From Candidatus Cloacimonadales bacterium (lineage in GTDB: Bacteria; Cloacimonadota; Cloacimonadia; Cloacimonadales; JAFGVF01), in the NCBI GenBank assembly GCA_963678315.1, contig OY782781.1:1984001-2048000 (forward strand): a stretch of 64,000 nt of DNA, given 5' to 3'. Positions within the stretch are counted from its first letter, which is position 1. The number at the start of each line of letters is the position of its first letter. The notes under the pieces were generated by a model. It made no database searches. It was given only the letters and a program-made list of their open reading frames with translations, and was not told the origin of the DNA. Positions 32,272 to 41,507 of this stretch are shown piece by piece. A program made the translations under genes and the position numbers.

Positions 32272-33467
32272 TAATCTAAAGATTTAATCCATGGTGGAAT
32301 ATCTGAAGGTAAAGAGGTCTTCTCTACTTTAGGTATTTCTTCAATCTCTGCTTCTGGGGTTGGTATTGATTTATATGCAACTGGAGTCTCTTCTTCAATA
32401 GGCTTCTTCTTAGTCTGGATAGGTCTGCTGAAAGCGTTTATACTATCTAGTTCTATAGAAGTTTTTTGCTTTGAAGCTTTATATAAACTAGATGTTTCTT
32501 TCTTATCACGTTTTTCCTCAATACCTGTAGCTAGAACTAAAACTTTAATTTTATCATCGTATAGAGGATCTAATAAAAGACCAAGATTGAATGATGCATT
32601 TGGATCAGAGTGACTCTGAATAGTATTAGAAATATCTTCAATTTCTCTAGCTTTCATATCTTTACCTGAGAATATTGCAACAATTACAGATTTGCATCCT
32701 TCAATTGAATAATCATCAAATAGTGGATTATTAATAGCTTGTTGAGCAGCATTAATAGCTCTATCTTCACCTTCAGATTCTCCAATGCCCATGATAGCAT
32801 ATCCTTTGTTTTGAAGAATTGTATGAACATCAGAGAATTCAATATTAATCATACCAGCTTTATTGATAACTTCAATTAAACTAACAATGCCATTAAATAT
32901 AATCATATTAGACTTGTTGAATGCTTCAACATAATCAAGATCATTAAAAAGTTGAGAGATTTTATTGTTAGGAACTACAATTAAAGCGTTAATTGTTTCA
33001 TACAGCTCGTCAATACCAGCTTCAGCATAATCACTTCTAACCTTACCTTCAAAGTTGAATGGCTTGGTTACAACTGCAATTGAAGCGATGTTTAACTCTT
33101 TAGCAGCAGCTGCTACTACTGGGGCTGCACCAGTTCCTGTTCCTCCACCCATTCCAGCAACAATAAACAACAAATTAGTACCTTGAATAGCTTCTTTAAT
33201 CTCTTCATAAGATTCTTCTGCTGCTTGCTTACCTATAGCTGGATTTGAACCAGCTCCTCTACCGTGGGTTGTCTTTGGACCAAGTTGAATCAAATTTAAT
33301 GCCTTAGATTTTTGAAGATCTTGCATATCTGTGTTCATAGCAATATATTCAACTTCATCATTATGATTTTCTATCATTGCGTTGATAGCGTTCCCGCCAG
33401 CACCACCAACACCAACTATCTTTATTTTAGTAGAAACAATATCAGGTGTTTCTTTTATTTCAAACAT
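32271..33467 (-). CDS. ftsZ: Cell division protein FtsZ
   Basis: GVGGAGGNA, tubulin signature GMGGGTGTG, PFNFEG, C-terminal DIPPW. Confidence 0.97.
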   Translation of the reverse strand: MFEIKETPDIVSTKIKIVGVGGAGGNAINAMIENHNDEVEYIAMNTDMQDLQKSKALNLIQLGPKTTHGRGAGSNPAIGKQAAEESYEEIKEAIQGTNLLFIVAGMGGGTGTGAAPVVAAAAKELNIASIAVVTKPFNFEGKVRSDYAEAGIDELYETINALIVVPNNKISQLFNDLDYVEAFNKSNMIIFNGIVSLIEVINKAGMINIEFSDVHTILQNKGYAIMGIGESEGEDRAINAAQQAINNPLFDDYSIEGCKSVIVAIFSGKDMKAREIEDISNTIQSHSDPNASFNLGLLLDPLYDDKIKVLVLATGIEEKRDKKETSSLYKASKQKTSIELDSINAFSRPIQTKKKPIEEETPVAYKSIPTPEAEIEEIPKVEKTSLPSDIPPWIKSLD

Positions 33468-33475
33468 CTCTACTC

Positions 33476-34738
33476 CTATTCTGTAAAAAAGTTTTTAACT
33501 TTAGTAATTATATTATTAACTGTTTCTTTATTAATCTTTGGATTAATCCTATTTGTATGCTTCTCTGTTTTGTTGCTTAAAGCAAATATCAACATGCCGT
33601 AAGCAGTCGAAAACTCTAATGAATCTTCAACAATCTGTTCATTCTTGAAATACTCAGATTGTATCTGCCCTGTAATAATTGGTAAATTGAATACTTCTTT
33701 CGCAATTGCTTTGAAATAAGCAGACTGAACTGCATTACCTGTTAAGTACAAGCCAGATGATACCTCTTCAAAATCGTAGAATTTAACTAAGTTCTTGTAG
33801 TTCAATTCCAATATCTCTGTCACTCTACTGACAATAATATCTCTAATTAATTTTGATGGAACAGAATGACTTTCGCTTTGGTCATAACTAGCTAAGCTAA
33901 CAGGTTCATCCCAATTGTAATTGTCTTCAATAATGCTTCCTATCTCTTTCTTGAGTTTCTCAGCATGAGTTGGAGGGGTCTTCAAGATTGAATAAATATC
34001 ATTAGTTATCAAACTTGAACCACTCTCTATTGATGATACTAATTTAATATTGTTATTAATGAAGATCATTGAATCAGATAAAGCACTTCCAATATCTATA
34101 GTTACACAGCCAATCTCTCTATTCTCTTTGCTTGTAATTGCATAAGAAGAAGCAATTGGTGAAGCAATAAAGCCAGTTAAATTACATCCTGCTAGCTTAA
34201 ATGCTTTTCTGTAGTTCATAAGCTCTTTTTCTTTAGCAAGAATAAGAGTAATCTCACCATAGACTTTTTTTGCATTAAACATTACTGGGTGTTTATAAGT
34301 ATCTTCTGAATCATCTAATTTATAAGCCCTTGGAATTGTATGAATAATTTCATAACCTTCAAACTCTTCATTGTTAAGAACATCTTTCTTAATTTCGTCA
34401 GTAATACTGTTTAAATGAGCATCATTTATTTCGGTCATTGACCCATCTTCTGAAAGAGTATATTCCGTTGATTTATTGATGTGGATGATAGATGTCCCTG
34501 AAATATTAGTATATATTTCAGTTGAAGTAGCTTCTGATTCCTTGATTAACCTTGATGTAATTTCATTTATTTGTTTGGATAAGTCATTGATATCATTAAT
34601 TCTTCCATTCTTTACACCAATGCTTTTAGTTGTTGCAGTACTTAAAATCTCTAGTTTTCTATCATCAGTTACCGAAGCAATTGCCCCTTTAATAGTACTG
34701 TTTCCCACATCAATTACAGTTAATACTCTATCACTCAT
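33476..34738 (-). CDS. ftsA: Cell division protein FtsA
   Basis: IDVGNSTIK, IDIGS, AEKLK, LTG actin-fold motifs; between ftsQ and ftsZ. Confidence 0.9.
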   Translation of the reverse strand: MSDRVLTVIDVGNSTIKGAIASVTDDRKLEILSTATTKSIGVKNGRINDINDLSKQINEITSRLIKESEATSTEIYTNISGTSIIHINKSTEYTLSEDGSMTEINDAHLNSITDEIKKDVLNNEEFEGYEIIHTIPRAYKLDDSEDTYKHPVMFNAKKVYGEITLILAKEKELMNYRKAFKLAGCNLTGFIASPIASSYAITSKENREIGCVTIDIGSALSDSMIFINNNIKLVSSIESGSSLITNDIYSILKTPPTHAEKLKKEIGSIIEDNYNWDEPVSLASYDQSESHSVPSKLIRDIIVSRVTEILELNYKNLVKFYDFEEVSSGLYLTGNAVQSAYFKAIAKEVFNLPIITGQIQSEYFKNEQIVEDSLEFSTAYGMLIFALSNKTEKHTNRINPKINKETVNNIITKVKNFFTE

Positions 34739-34750
34739 CTGTATCTCCGC

Positions 34751-35503
34751 TTAATATTTGTTTTTCCGTGTAATAATTCTGTCTTTAAATGTGAAGTCTA
34801 TATATAAATCTTCACAATAGGATGAAGAATATTTTTCATACAAATCGATTTTGTAAGCTAAATCTTCTTCTCCAAAGTTGATTACTGATGCAGTATAAAT
34901 ATCCCTGATTAAACAATAATCATCTTTAATAAACATATCTGAAATTTTATTAGCAAAACTTGGGTTTGCACTTACAAGTTTATCGTAATAATTCTTTAAT
35001 CTAACTATCTCATCATCATTAATATTCTCACCAAAAACATTGTTAGTATCTTGTGCACTAGCAATTATAATTGGTACTGAATTATCTAAATAACCTTCAT
35101 TAAGGTCTTCAAGCAAAGTTAATTCTCTGTCTATATAATAGAAGTTTCTATTATTATAATTAATTGCCAAAATAGGCTTTCTTATATCATATTTTACAAG
35201 TAATTCATTAGGAAGCTTCCTGTAGAACTTGCAATTCTGTACAACTGGGAAGTTATCTATTAAGTCACCTTCTCCGCTTTCTCTGTCAATACTAAAAAGG
35301 TTTTCGTCATTGTATTTATACAAAAACTCTTCAATATCAAAGCTTAACTCAAGATTTTGTCCTTCAACTACGACGTTATCTATTTCGAAAACATTTATAC
35401 TTTTCATGATTTCGAAAGTTATGTATCCTACTGTTAATGAACCAAAAACAATTAGGAAGAATATGAATATATATTTTGAATAACTTTTTCTAACTCTTGG
35501 CAT
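34751..35503 (-). CDS. ftsQ: Cell division protein FtsQ/DivIB
   Basis: Single N-terminal TM, POTRA-like 'FEIDNVVVEG..RKLPNELLV'; dcw position. Confidence 0.75.
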   Translation of the reverse strand: MPRVRKSYSKYIFIFFLIVFGSLTVGYITFEIMKSINVFEIDNVVVEGQNLELSFDIEEFLYKYNDENLFSIDRESGEGDLIDNFPVVQNCKFYRKLPNELLVKYDIRKPILAINYNNRNFYYIDRELTLLEDLNEGYLDNSVPIIIASAQDTNNVFGENINDDEIVRLKNYYDKLVSANPSFANKISDMFIKDDYCLIRDIYTASVINFGEEDLAYKIDLYEKYSSSYCEDLYIDFTFKDRIITRKNKY

Positions 35504-36866
35504 GTAAATCTTCTAAAATATGCGTTCCGAACTCGTAGATTCTTCCAGCTCCCATGGTAATAAAAATATCTCCATCTTGAAGCTCTTCTTTTACTGTGTT
35601 AACGATTTTATCATTTGAATCAATGAATGTCACATTACGATGGCCAGAAGCTATAGCTTCGTTAGCAATTAATTCACCAGTTACACCAGCTATTGGAGCT
35701 TCTCTTGCAGGATATATAGGTGCTATGAATAACTTATCACATGAGAAGAATGATCGGCCAAACTCTTTGGCAAAATCTCTAGTCCTTGAATATAAGTGAG
35801 GTTGGAATAAGACAACAATTCTTCTTGAAGTAGAATCTCTAAATCCGTCTAAAGTAGCACTTATCTCTGTTGGATGATGTGCGTAATCATCAAAGAAAGA
35901 TATACCTGCAACTGAACCTTTATTCTCAAATCTGCGATAGACACCTTTGAATTCAGCAAGACCTGCTTTTATATCTTCAAAAGGAACATTTAACTCCAAT
36001 CCACATGCACAAGCTAGAAGAGAATTAAGTATGTTGTGTTTTCCGGTTACTTGCATTGAAATTCTACCAAGTTTGTAGTTCTTATATATCAGATCATAAG
36101 ATGAAGTAAAATCTACCATTTGGAAGTTCTCAGCTCTTACATCAGCTTGTTTAGAAAAACCGTAAGTCATGATATTTTTGGTAATCTTAGGTAAAATTGA
36201 TTGAACACCCTTATCATCCAAACATGCTATAACAGTACCAAAGAAAGGTACTTTCTCTGCATAACTTAAAAAAGCACTTTTTATATCGTCAAGATTCTTA
36301 TAACAATCAAGATGATCGGCATCAATGTTTGTTATACCTGCAATAATAGGGGAGAGGGTTAAGAAAGAATGATCATATTCATCTGCTTCCACAACAATGT
36401 ATTTGCCCGAACCCATTAAGTTATTTGAGCCAAGGTTCTTAACTTTACCACCAACAATGATTGTTGGTTCAAGCTTGGCCTTTTCTAACATGATACCAAC
36501 CATAGAGGTAGTTGTAGTTTTGCCATGTGTACCTGCAATGCCAATACTATAACTCATTCTAGTTATCTCAGCTAGCATTTCGGCTCTTCTTATAACAGGA
36601 ATCCTTAACTTGGTTGCAGCTTGTATCTCTGGATTATCACATTTTACAGCTGATGAGCGAACTACAACATCAACGTCAGTTAGGTTCTCAGGTGAGTGAC
36701 CTTCAACAACAGAAATCCCAATATCTTCTAAGTGTTGAGTAATATCAGATTTCTTCATGTCTGAGCCTGTAATTATTAGCCCTTGGTTGAATAGTAGTTC
36801 TGCTATACTACTCATACCTATTCCACCTATCCCAACAAAATGTATTTTCTTTGTACTTCCAAGCAT
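35490..36866 (-). CDS. murC: UDP-N-acetylmuramate--L-alanine ligase
   Basis: GIGGIGMS, AGTHGKTTTT, VEADEYD, DDYAHHPTE, FQPHLYSRT. Confidence 0.97.
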   Translation of the reverse strand: MLGSTKKIHFVGIGGIGMSSIAELLFNQGLIITGSDMKKSDITQHLEDIGISVVEGHSPENLTDVDVVVRSSAVKCDNPEIQAATKLRIPVIRRAEMLAEITRMSYSIGIAGTHGKTTTTSMVGIMLEKAKLEPTIIVGGKVKNLGSNNLMGSGKYIVVEADEYDHSFLTLSPIIAGITNIDADHLDCYKNLDDIKSAFLSYAEKVPFFGTVIACLDDKGVQSILPKITKNIMTYGFSKQADVRAENFQMVDFTSSYDLIYKNYKLGRISMQVTGKHNILNSLLACACGLELNVPFEDIKAGLAEFKGVYRRFENKGSVAGISFFDDYAHHPTEISATLDGFRDSTSRRIVVLFQPHLYSRTRDFAKEFGRSFFSCDKLFIAPIYPAREAPIAGVTGELIANEAIASGHRNVTFIDSNDKIVNTVKEELQDGDIFITMGAGRIYEFGTHILEDLHAKS

Positions 36867-36875
36867 ATCAACCTC

Positions 36876-37937
36876 TTAAATGTTCTCTAGTATCTTATTA
36901 ACAATAACTTTTACAGCAGTTAAATGAATACACTTAGAAAAATTATTTCTATAGCTGTTTATGTTATTTATCATGCTATCTATTTCATTAATAAAGGAAT
37001 TATCGTCAAGATTATTTTGATTTAAAGTTTTAGCTAAACCTTTATCTTCTTGCTCTATTGCATTTTTGCTTTGATGATCTTCTGCTGACGTTGGTAGAGG
37101 AATGAAAATAGCAGGTATTTTCTTTGCTTCTAATTCAGCAATTGTAAGAGCTCCAGAGCGACAAATAGCAATATCTGCTAAATTATAATACTTATCTATT
37201 TCATAAGAAAAATCAAACATAAGAAGATTAGCATAGTTTGTGTTTTTATCATTAAATCTATGGAATGTGTTCTTTCCTAATTGCCAAATCACATTGTAAT
37301 GCTTAGTAAGATAATCAAGCTTTCTATCAATTAGATTATTTAGAAAAAGAGAACCTTGGCTTCCTCCTATGATGAAGATGGTTTTCTTATTTGAAGATAA
37401 GCCTATTTCAGTTAAGTCAAACTTTCTTTCAGAACTTACAATATTCTTATTGATAGGATTGCCACTATATACTAAATTGTCTGAATGTAGGTACTTTTTT
37501 GCATTCTGCTGTCCAATAAATATAAACTTGCTCTTTCTTGCTAGTAATCTGGTAGTTAAGCCAGGATAGCTGTTTTGTTCTTGCAAGAAGATTGGAACTC
37601 CCTTTCTAAAGGCTACATATCCTCCAGGTCCACTTACAAAACCACCTGTTCCAATGTAGGCATCAGGCTTAAAACTATTGAACAGTCTTCTTACTTTTAA
37701 AACACTATTAAATAGCTTAATTGGAAATAATAAATGCTTAATAGTTATTCTTCTATATAGTTTTTGAACGTTGATAGGGAAGAAATCAAAGCCTTTTTTT
37801 TCAGCTATAGCTTGTTCCATACTATCCTTGTTGCCTAAATAAAGCACTTCATGTCCTTGCTCTTTCAGTTCTGTAGCAACATTTATGGCTGGGACTATAT
37901 GCCCGCCAGTTCCTCCTGCAGATATTATAAATCTCAT
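36876..37937 (-). CDS. murG: Lipid II N-acetylglucosaminyltransferase
   Basis: GGTGGHI, GTGGFVS, EQNSYPG, GGSQGS, RSGALT, HQ..NA. Confidence 0.96.
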   Translation of the reverse strand: MRFIISAGGTGGHIVPAINVATELKEQGHEVLYLGNKDSMEQAIAEKKGFDFFPINVQKLYRRITIKHLLFPIKLFNSVLKVRRLFNSFKPDAYIGTGGFVSGPGGYVAFRKGVPIFLQEQNSYPGLTTRLLARKSKFIFIGQQNAKKYLHSDNLVYSGNPINKNIVSSERKFDLTEIGLSSNKKTIFIIGGSQGSLFLNNLIDRKLDYLTKHYNVIWQLGKNTFHRFNDKNTNYANLLMFDFSYEIDKYYNLADIAICRSGALTIAELEAKKIPAIFIPLPTSAEDHQSKNAIEQEDKGLAKTLNQNNLDDNSFINEIDSMINNINSYRNNFSKCIHLTAVKVIVNKILENI

Positions 37938-39079
37938 TCTTGCTCCAAATCTTTAAGTTCTAAAAGCTTTAATATTAATACCAAACTTAAAGAATCAAAT
38001 AAAAAGGCTGTTCCTCCGTAGCTTATAAATGGAAGAGATACACCTGTTGACGGTAGAACTGAAATTGCAACACCAGTGTTAACAACAACAGTAATAATTA
38101 AATTAAAACAAAGACCCATTGCAAAATATCTATAAAAGACATCTTCTATTTTAAATGACCTAATCAGCAATCCAAACAATAGAAATGCATATAGAGCTAG
38201 AACTAATACTGCAACAATGAAACCTGAAACATCACATATTAGTGTGAAAATGTAGTCTGTGTTACTCTCGGAAACATACTGTTTTAATGTGTTAGTAAAC
38301 TTTTCTTCATTGCCGAATAGCTTTCCACAGGATATAGCAATTAAACTCTCTTTAACTTGTCTTTCTTCATCAGCAGTTACTTTAACTTCATCACGGTAAG
38401 GGTTTATTAGCATATACTTTTTATAAACTCTTAGTCTTTTAAATCTGTAAGACTTACCAAGCATAAAGATAGCTGAAACCCCTATTAGAACAATCAAAAG
38501 CATTATTAAGATAGTTTTTAATCGTAATCCTGCTATAACAAAGAGTAGGAATATTGAAAGAAATGTAATAATTAACACACTTAAATGAGGTTCTATGAAT
38601 ATAACGATACCAGAAGTAACGACATAGATTAAAGAAAGATAATTCTTCTTCAAAAAAAGGACTAAGTTATTTTCTCTTATAATATCCAAGTTTTTAGATA
38701 TCACATAACTTGAGATACCAATCATGACAATTCTTGAATAATAACTAGGCTGAAAAGAACCAAAACCAAATAAGTTTAAACGTCTAACAGCCCCCTTTGT
38801 TGATTCTCCAACAATAAGAACAATAACAATTAGAAAAAAGGACACTGCTATATGGAATATAGGAATCTTTAATTTAGGAAAGGGAAACTTTATGATTCGT
38901 TCTGCTGACTGAAATTTAAACAGATAGAAACTAATAAGAGCAATAACTACATTTTTGATAGTTTGATTAATAGTATAGCTGTCTCCTTTAGCTTGGTTAA
39001 GGTAATAGAGAAACACCAGTCCCATAACTGACATAAGCACGTAAATCAAAAAGTAGATGTTATTTTTATGCTTTTCCAT
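37934..39079 (-). CDS. ftsW: SEDS peptidoglycan polymerase FtsW
   Basis: Polytopic membrane protein; GAVRR, SFQPS, TDYIF, PSTGVSLPFISYGG. Confidence 0.88.
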   Translation of the reverse strand: MEKHKNNIYFLIYVLMSVMGLVFLYYLNQAKGDSYTINQTIKNVVIALISFYLFKFQSAERIIKFPFPKLKIPIFHIAVSFFLIVIVLIVGESTKGAVRRLNLFGFGSFQPSYYSRIVMIGISSYVISKNLDIIRENNLVLFLKKNYLSLIYVVTSGIVIFIEPHLSVLIITFLSIFLLFVIAGLRLKTILIMLLIVLIGVSAIFMLGKSYRFKRLRVYKKYMLINPYRDEVKVTADEERQVKESLIAISCGKLFGNEEKFTNTLKQYVSESNTDYIFTLICDVSGFIVAVLVLALYAFLLFGLLIRSFKIEDVFYRYFAMGLCFNLIITVVVNTGVAISVLPSTGVSLPFISYGGTAFLFDSLSLVLILKLLELKDLEQE

Positions 39080-40397
39080 CTTTAATCCTAGCTACAATTT
39101 CTTTGAAGCAGTCTCCTCGGTGCTCGAAATTATTGAACATATCATAGCTTGCACATGCAGGTGATAAAAGCACAATGTCATCTTTTACTGCATCATTATA
39201 GGCATTCTCAACAGCATCAAAGAGAGAGCTAAAGGCTTGAACATTATCTAATGAAGCAAAAGCTAGTTGCATTTTCTCAGTGGTTGCACCGATTAAATAG
39301 ATCTTCTTTGCATAAGAAGTTAAGGAAGGAAGAAGTATGGAGAAGTCTTCGCCTTTATCAGACCCACCTAATATTATCCTAACTTTCTTGTTAAAAGCAT
39401 CTAGGGCATATTTAACAGAGTCTGTATTGGTAGCTTTAGAATCATTAATAAAAGTAATATTATTAATTGTATCAACAAGTTCTAGTCTATGGTTTAAACC
39501 TTTAAAATTAGTTAAGTAGTTCTGTATATCATAGTCACTAAAGTTTATGTTAATACTTGATATGCATAGTAGACTTGCCATAAGATTTAAGATATTGTGT
39601 TTTCCCGGGAGTTTGAATGATTGCATATCAATGTTATGTTGAGAGAAGGATATCTTATTGTCTTTTAGAGTAATATCCTTTGAGTCAAAGAGGGAGAAGT
39701 ATTTGATTGTGCCATTAATAGTAGACACAAACTTATCAATCTGTACATCATTTTGTAATATTATAGTAGTATCAGTTGAACTTTGATTTTTTGTAATATT
39801 GAATTTAGTTTGAGAGTAGTGGTCAAAAGAATCATATCTATTTAGATGGTCGGGAGTTATGTTTAAAATAACTGCAACATCTGCTTTAAAAGAATCTACT
39901 AAATCAAGTTGGAATGAACTTAATTCTAGCACAATATAATCATAATAGTCTTTTTCAATGTCAAGACTCGTAAAGGCAGTACCAATATTTCCAGCTAGGG
40001 CAGTTTTGTAGCCTAAACTTGTTAGAAGGTGGTGAATTAGTGTTACAGTAGTACTTTTGCCGTTAGAACCTGTAACAGCAATAATCTTTGCATTCTTGTT
40101 CATTATTCTGTAACCAAATTCTATTTCGCTAATGAGCTCTTTACCTCTTTTTCTTAATTCTTGGATGATGTCTGAATTGAGAGGAATTCCAGGAGATACG
40201 ATGAATGTATCATAAGCAAAAATCTTATCAGTATGACCACCAACTTCATAAGAGTAACCTTCTAAATCAGAGCTTTTAATTCCTAATTGTTCTAAGCTCT
40301 TTAGCTCTGAAGCAAATGTTTCATAACCTAATGCTGTGGCTTTTTTTAATGCTGCAATTCCACTTTTAGCAAGTCCAAGAATACATACCTTATCCAT
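39066..40397 (-). CDS. murD: UDP-MurNAc-L-Ala--D-glutamate ligase
   Basis: VTGSNGKSTT, LELSSFQL, NDSKATN, LSPACASYD. Confidence 0.97.
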   Translation of the reverse strand: MDKVCILGLAKSGIAALKKATALGYETFASELKSLEQLGIKSSDLEGYSYEVGGHTDKIFAYDTFIVSPGIPLNSDIIQELRKRGKELISEIEFGYRIMNKNAKIIAVTGSNGKSTTVTLIHHLLTSLGYKTALAGNIGTAFTSLDIEKDYYDYIVLELSSFQLDLVDSFKADVAVILNITPDHLNRYDSFDHYSQTKFNITKNQSSTDTTIILQNDVQIDKFVSTINGTIKYFSLFDSKDITLKDNKISFSQHNIDMQSFKLPGKHNILNLMASLLCISSININFSDYDIQNYLTNFKGLNHRLELVDTINNITFINDSKATNTDSVKYALDAFNKKVRIILGGSDKGEDFSILLPSLTSYAKKIYLIGATTEKMQLAFASLDNVQAFSSLFDAVENAYNDAVKDDIVLLSPACASYDMFNNFEHRGDCFKEIVARIKDGKA

Positions 40398-40406
40398 TAA
40401 TCTCTC

Positions 40407-41507
40407 CTATCGAAGTTTTATAGTGCTTAATCCAATTACAAGGAATAAAATTGATACGATCCAGAATCTAACAACTATTTTTGATTCAGCTATACCTTTG
40501 AGTTCATAGTGATGATGAAGAGGTGCCATTTTGAAGACTCTTCTACCAGTTCCATATTTTCTTTTTGTATATCTAAAATATCTTCTTTGTATAATAACAC
40601 TCATTGCTTCAGCGATGAAGATAACACCTACAATGGCAAAGAATATCTCTTCTTTAATTAGAATTGAAATCATGGCTAAGATACCACCAAGGGGAAGAGA
40701 TCCAGTGTCTCCCATGAATATCTCAGCAGGTCTAGTATTATACCACAGAAAACCAATCAATGTCCCAACCAAAGCTGCAATAAAAACAGTGATTTCACCT
40801 GCATTTTCTATGAATCCTAAGTTAAGGTAGCCAGCATAATTGACATTACCCTTGAGATAGGACATAATACCTAAACCTGTAGCAACAATTGCTGAAATGC
40901 CTTCAGCAAGACCGTCAAGGCCATTGGTTAAGTTAACTGCATTTGAAGATCCAACAATCATGAATAAAACTAATGGAATAAAGGTTAGACCAAGGTATAT
41001 TGAAACATGTTTGAAGAATGGTACACCAATTGATGCTAGATGATTACTGTCAGGGTTAAAATACAAATAGCTTGCAATAATTAGAGATAAAGAAACTTGT
41101 CCAATCAACTTGTAAACTGGGATTAGTCCTTTCTTTGAATTAGCAAAATTCTTAAGATAATCATCAAGGAAACCCACTCCTCCAAGCCATATAGTTGATA
41201 GATAGAGTATCCAGATATAGCTGTTATCCATTCTAGTCCATATAAAGGATGCTCCTAACAAAGCAAAAAGTATAATCAAGCCTCCCATTGTAGGAGTTCC
41301 ACTTTTAGATTGATGCCTATCAGGCATATCTTCATCAATTGTTTCAGTTGCTTTATGATTTTTAAGAGTTTTAATTAGCACTGGAGCTAAAAAGTAAGTG
41401 AAAATTAAGGCAGTGATAAAAGCTCCTGCAGATCTAAAAGTAACATAACTAAAGATTCTGAGAGGGTTATCTGAATTAAAGAAATTACTAAACAAATGAT
41501 ACAGCAT
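40407..41507 (-). CDS. mraY: Phospho-MurNAc-pentapeptide transferase
   Basis: GTPTMGG, GFLDDY, NAVNLTNGLDGL, FMGDTGS, MAPLHHHYE. Confidence 0.97.
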   Translation of the reverse strand: MLYHLFSNFFNSDNPLRIFSYVTFRSAGAFITALIFTYFLAPVLIKTLKNHKATETIDEDMPDRHQSKSGTPTMGGLIILFALLGASFIWTRMDNSYIWILYLSTIWLGGVGFLDDYLKNFANSKKGLIPVYKLIGQVSLSLIIASYLYFNPDSNHLASIGVPFFKHVSIYLGLTFIPLVLFMIVGSSNAVNLTNGLDGLAEGISAIVATGLGIMSYLKGNVNYAGYLNLGFIENAGEITVFIAALVGTLIGFLWYNTRPAEIFMGDTGSLPLGGILAMISILIKEEIFFAIVGVIFIAEAMSVIIQRRYFRYTKRKYGTGRRVFKMAPLHHHYELKGIAESKIVVRFWIVSILFLVIGLSTIKLR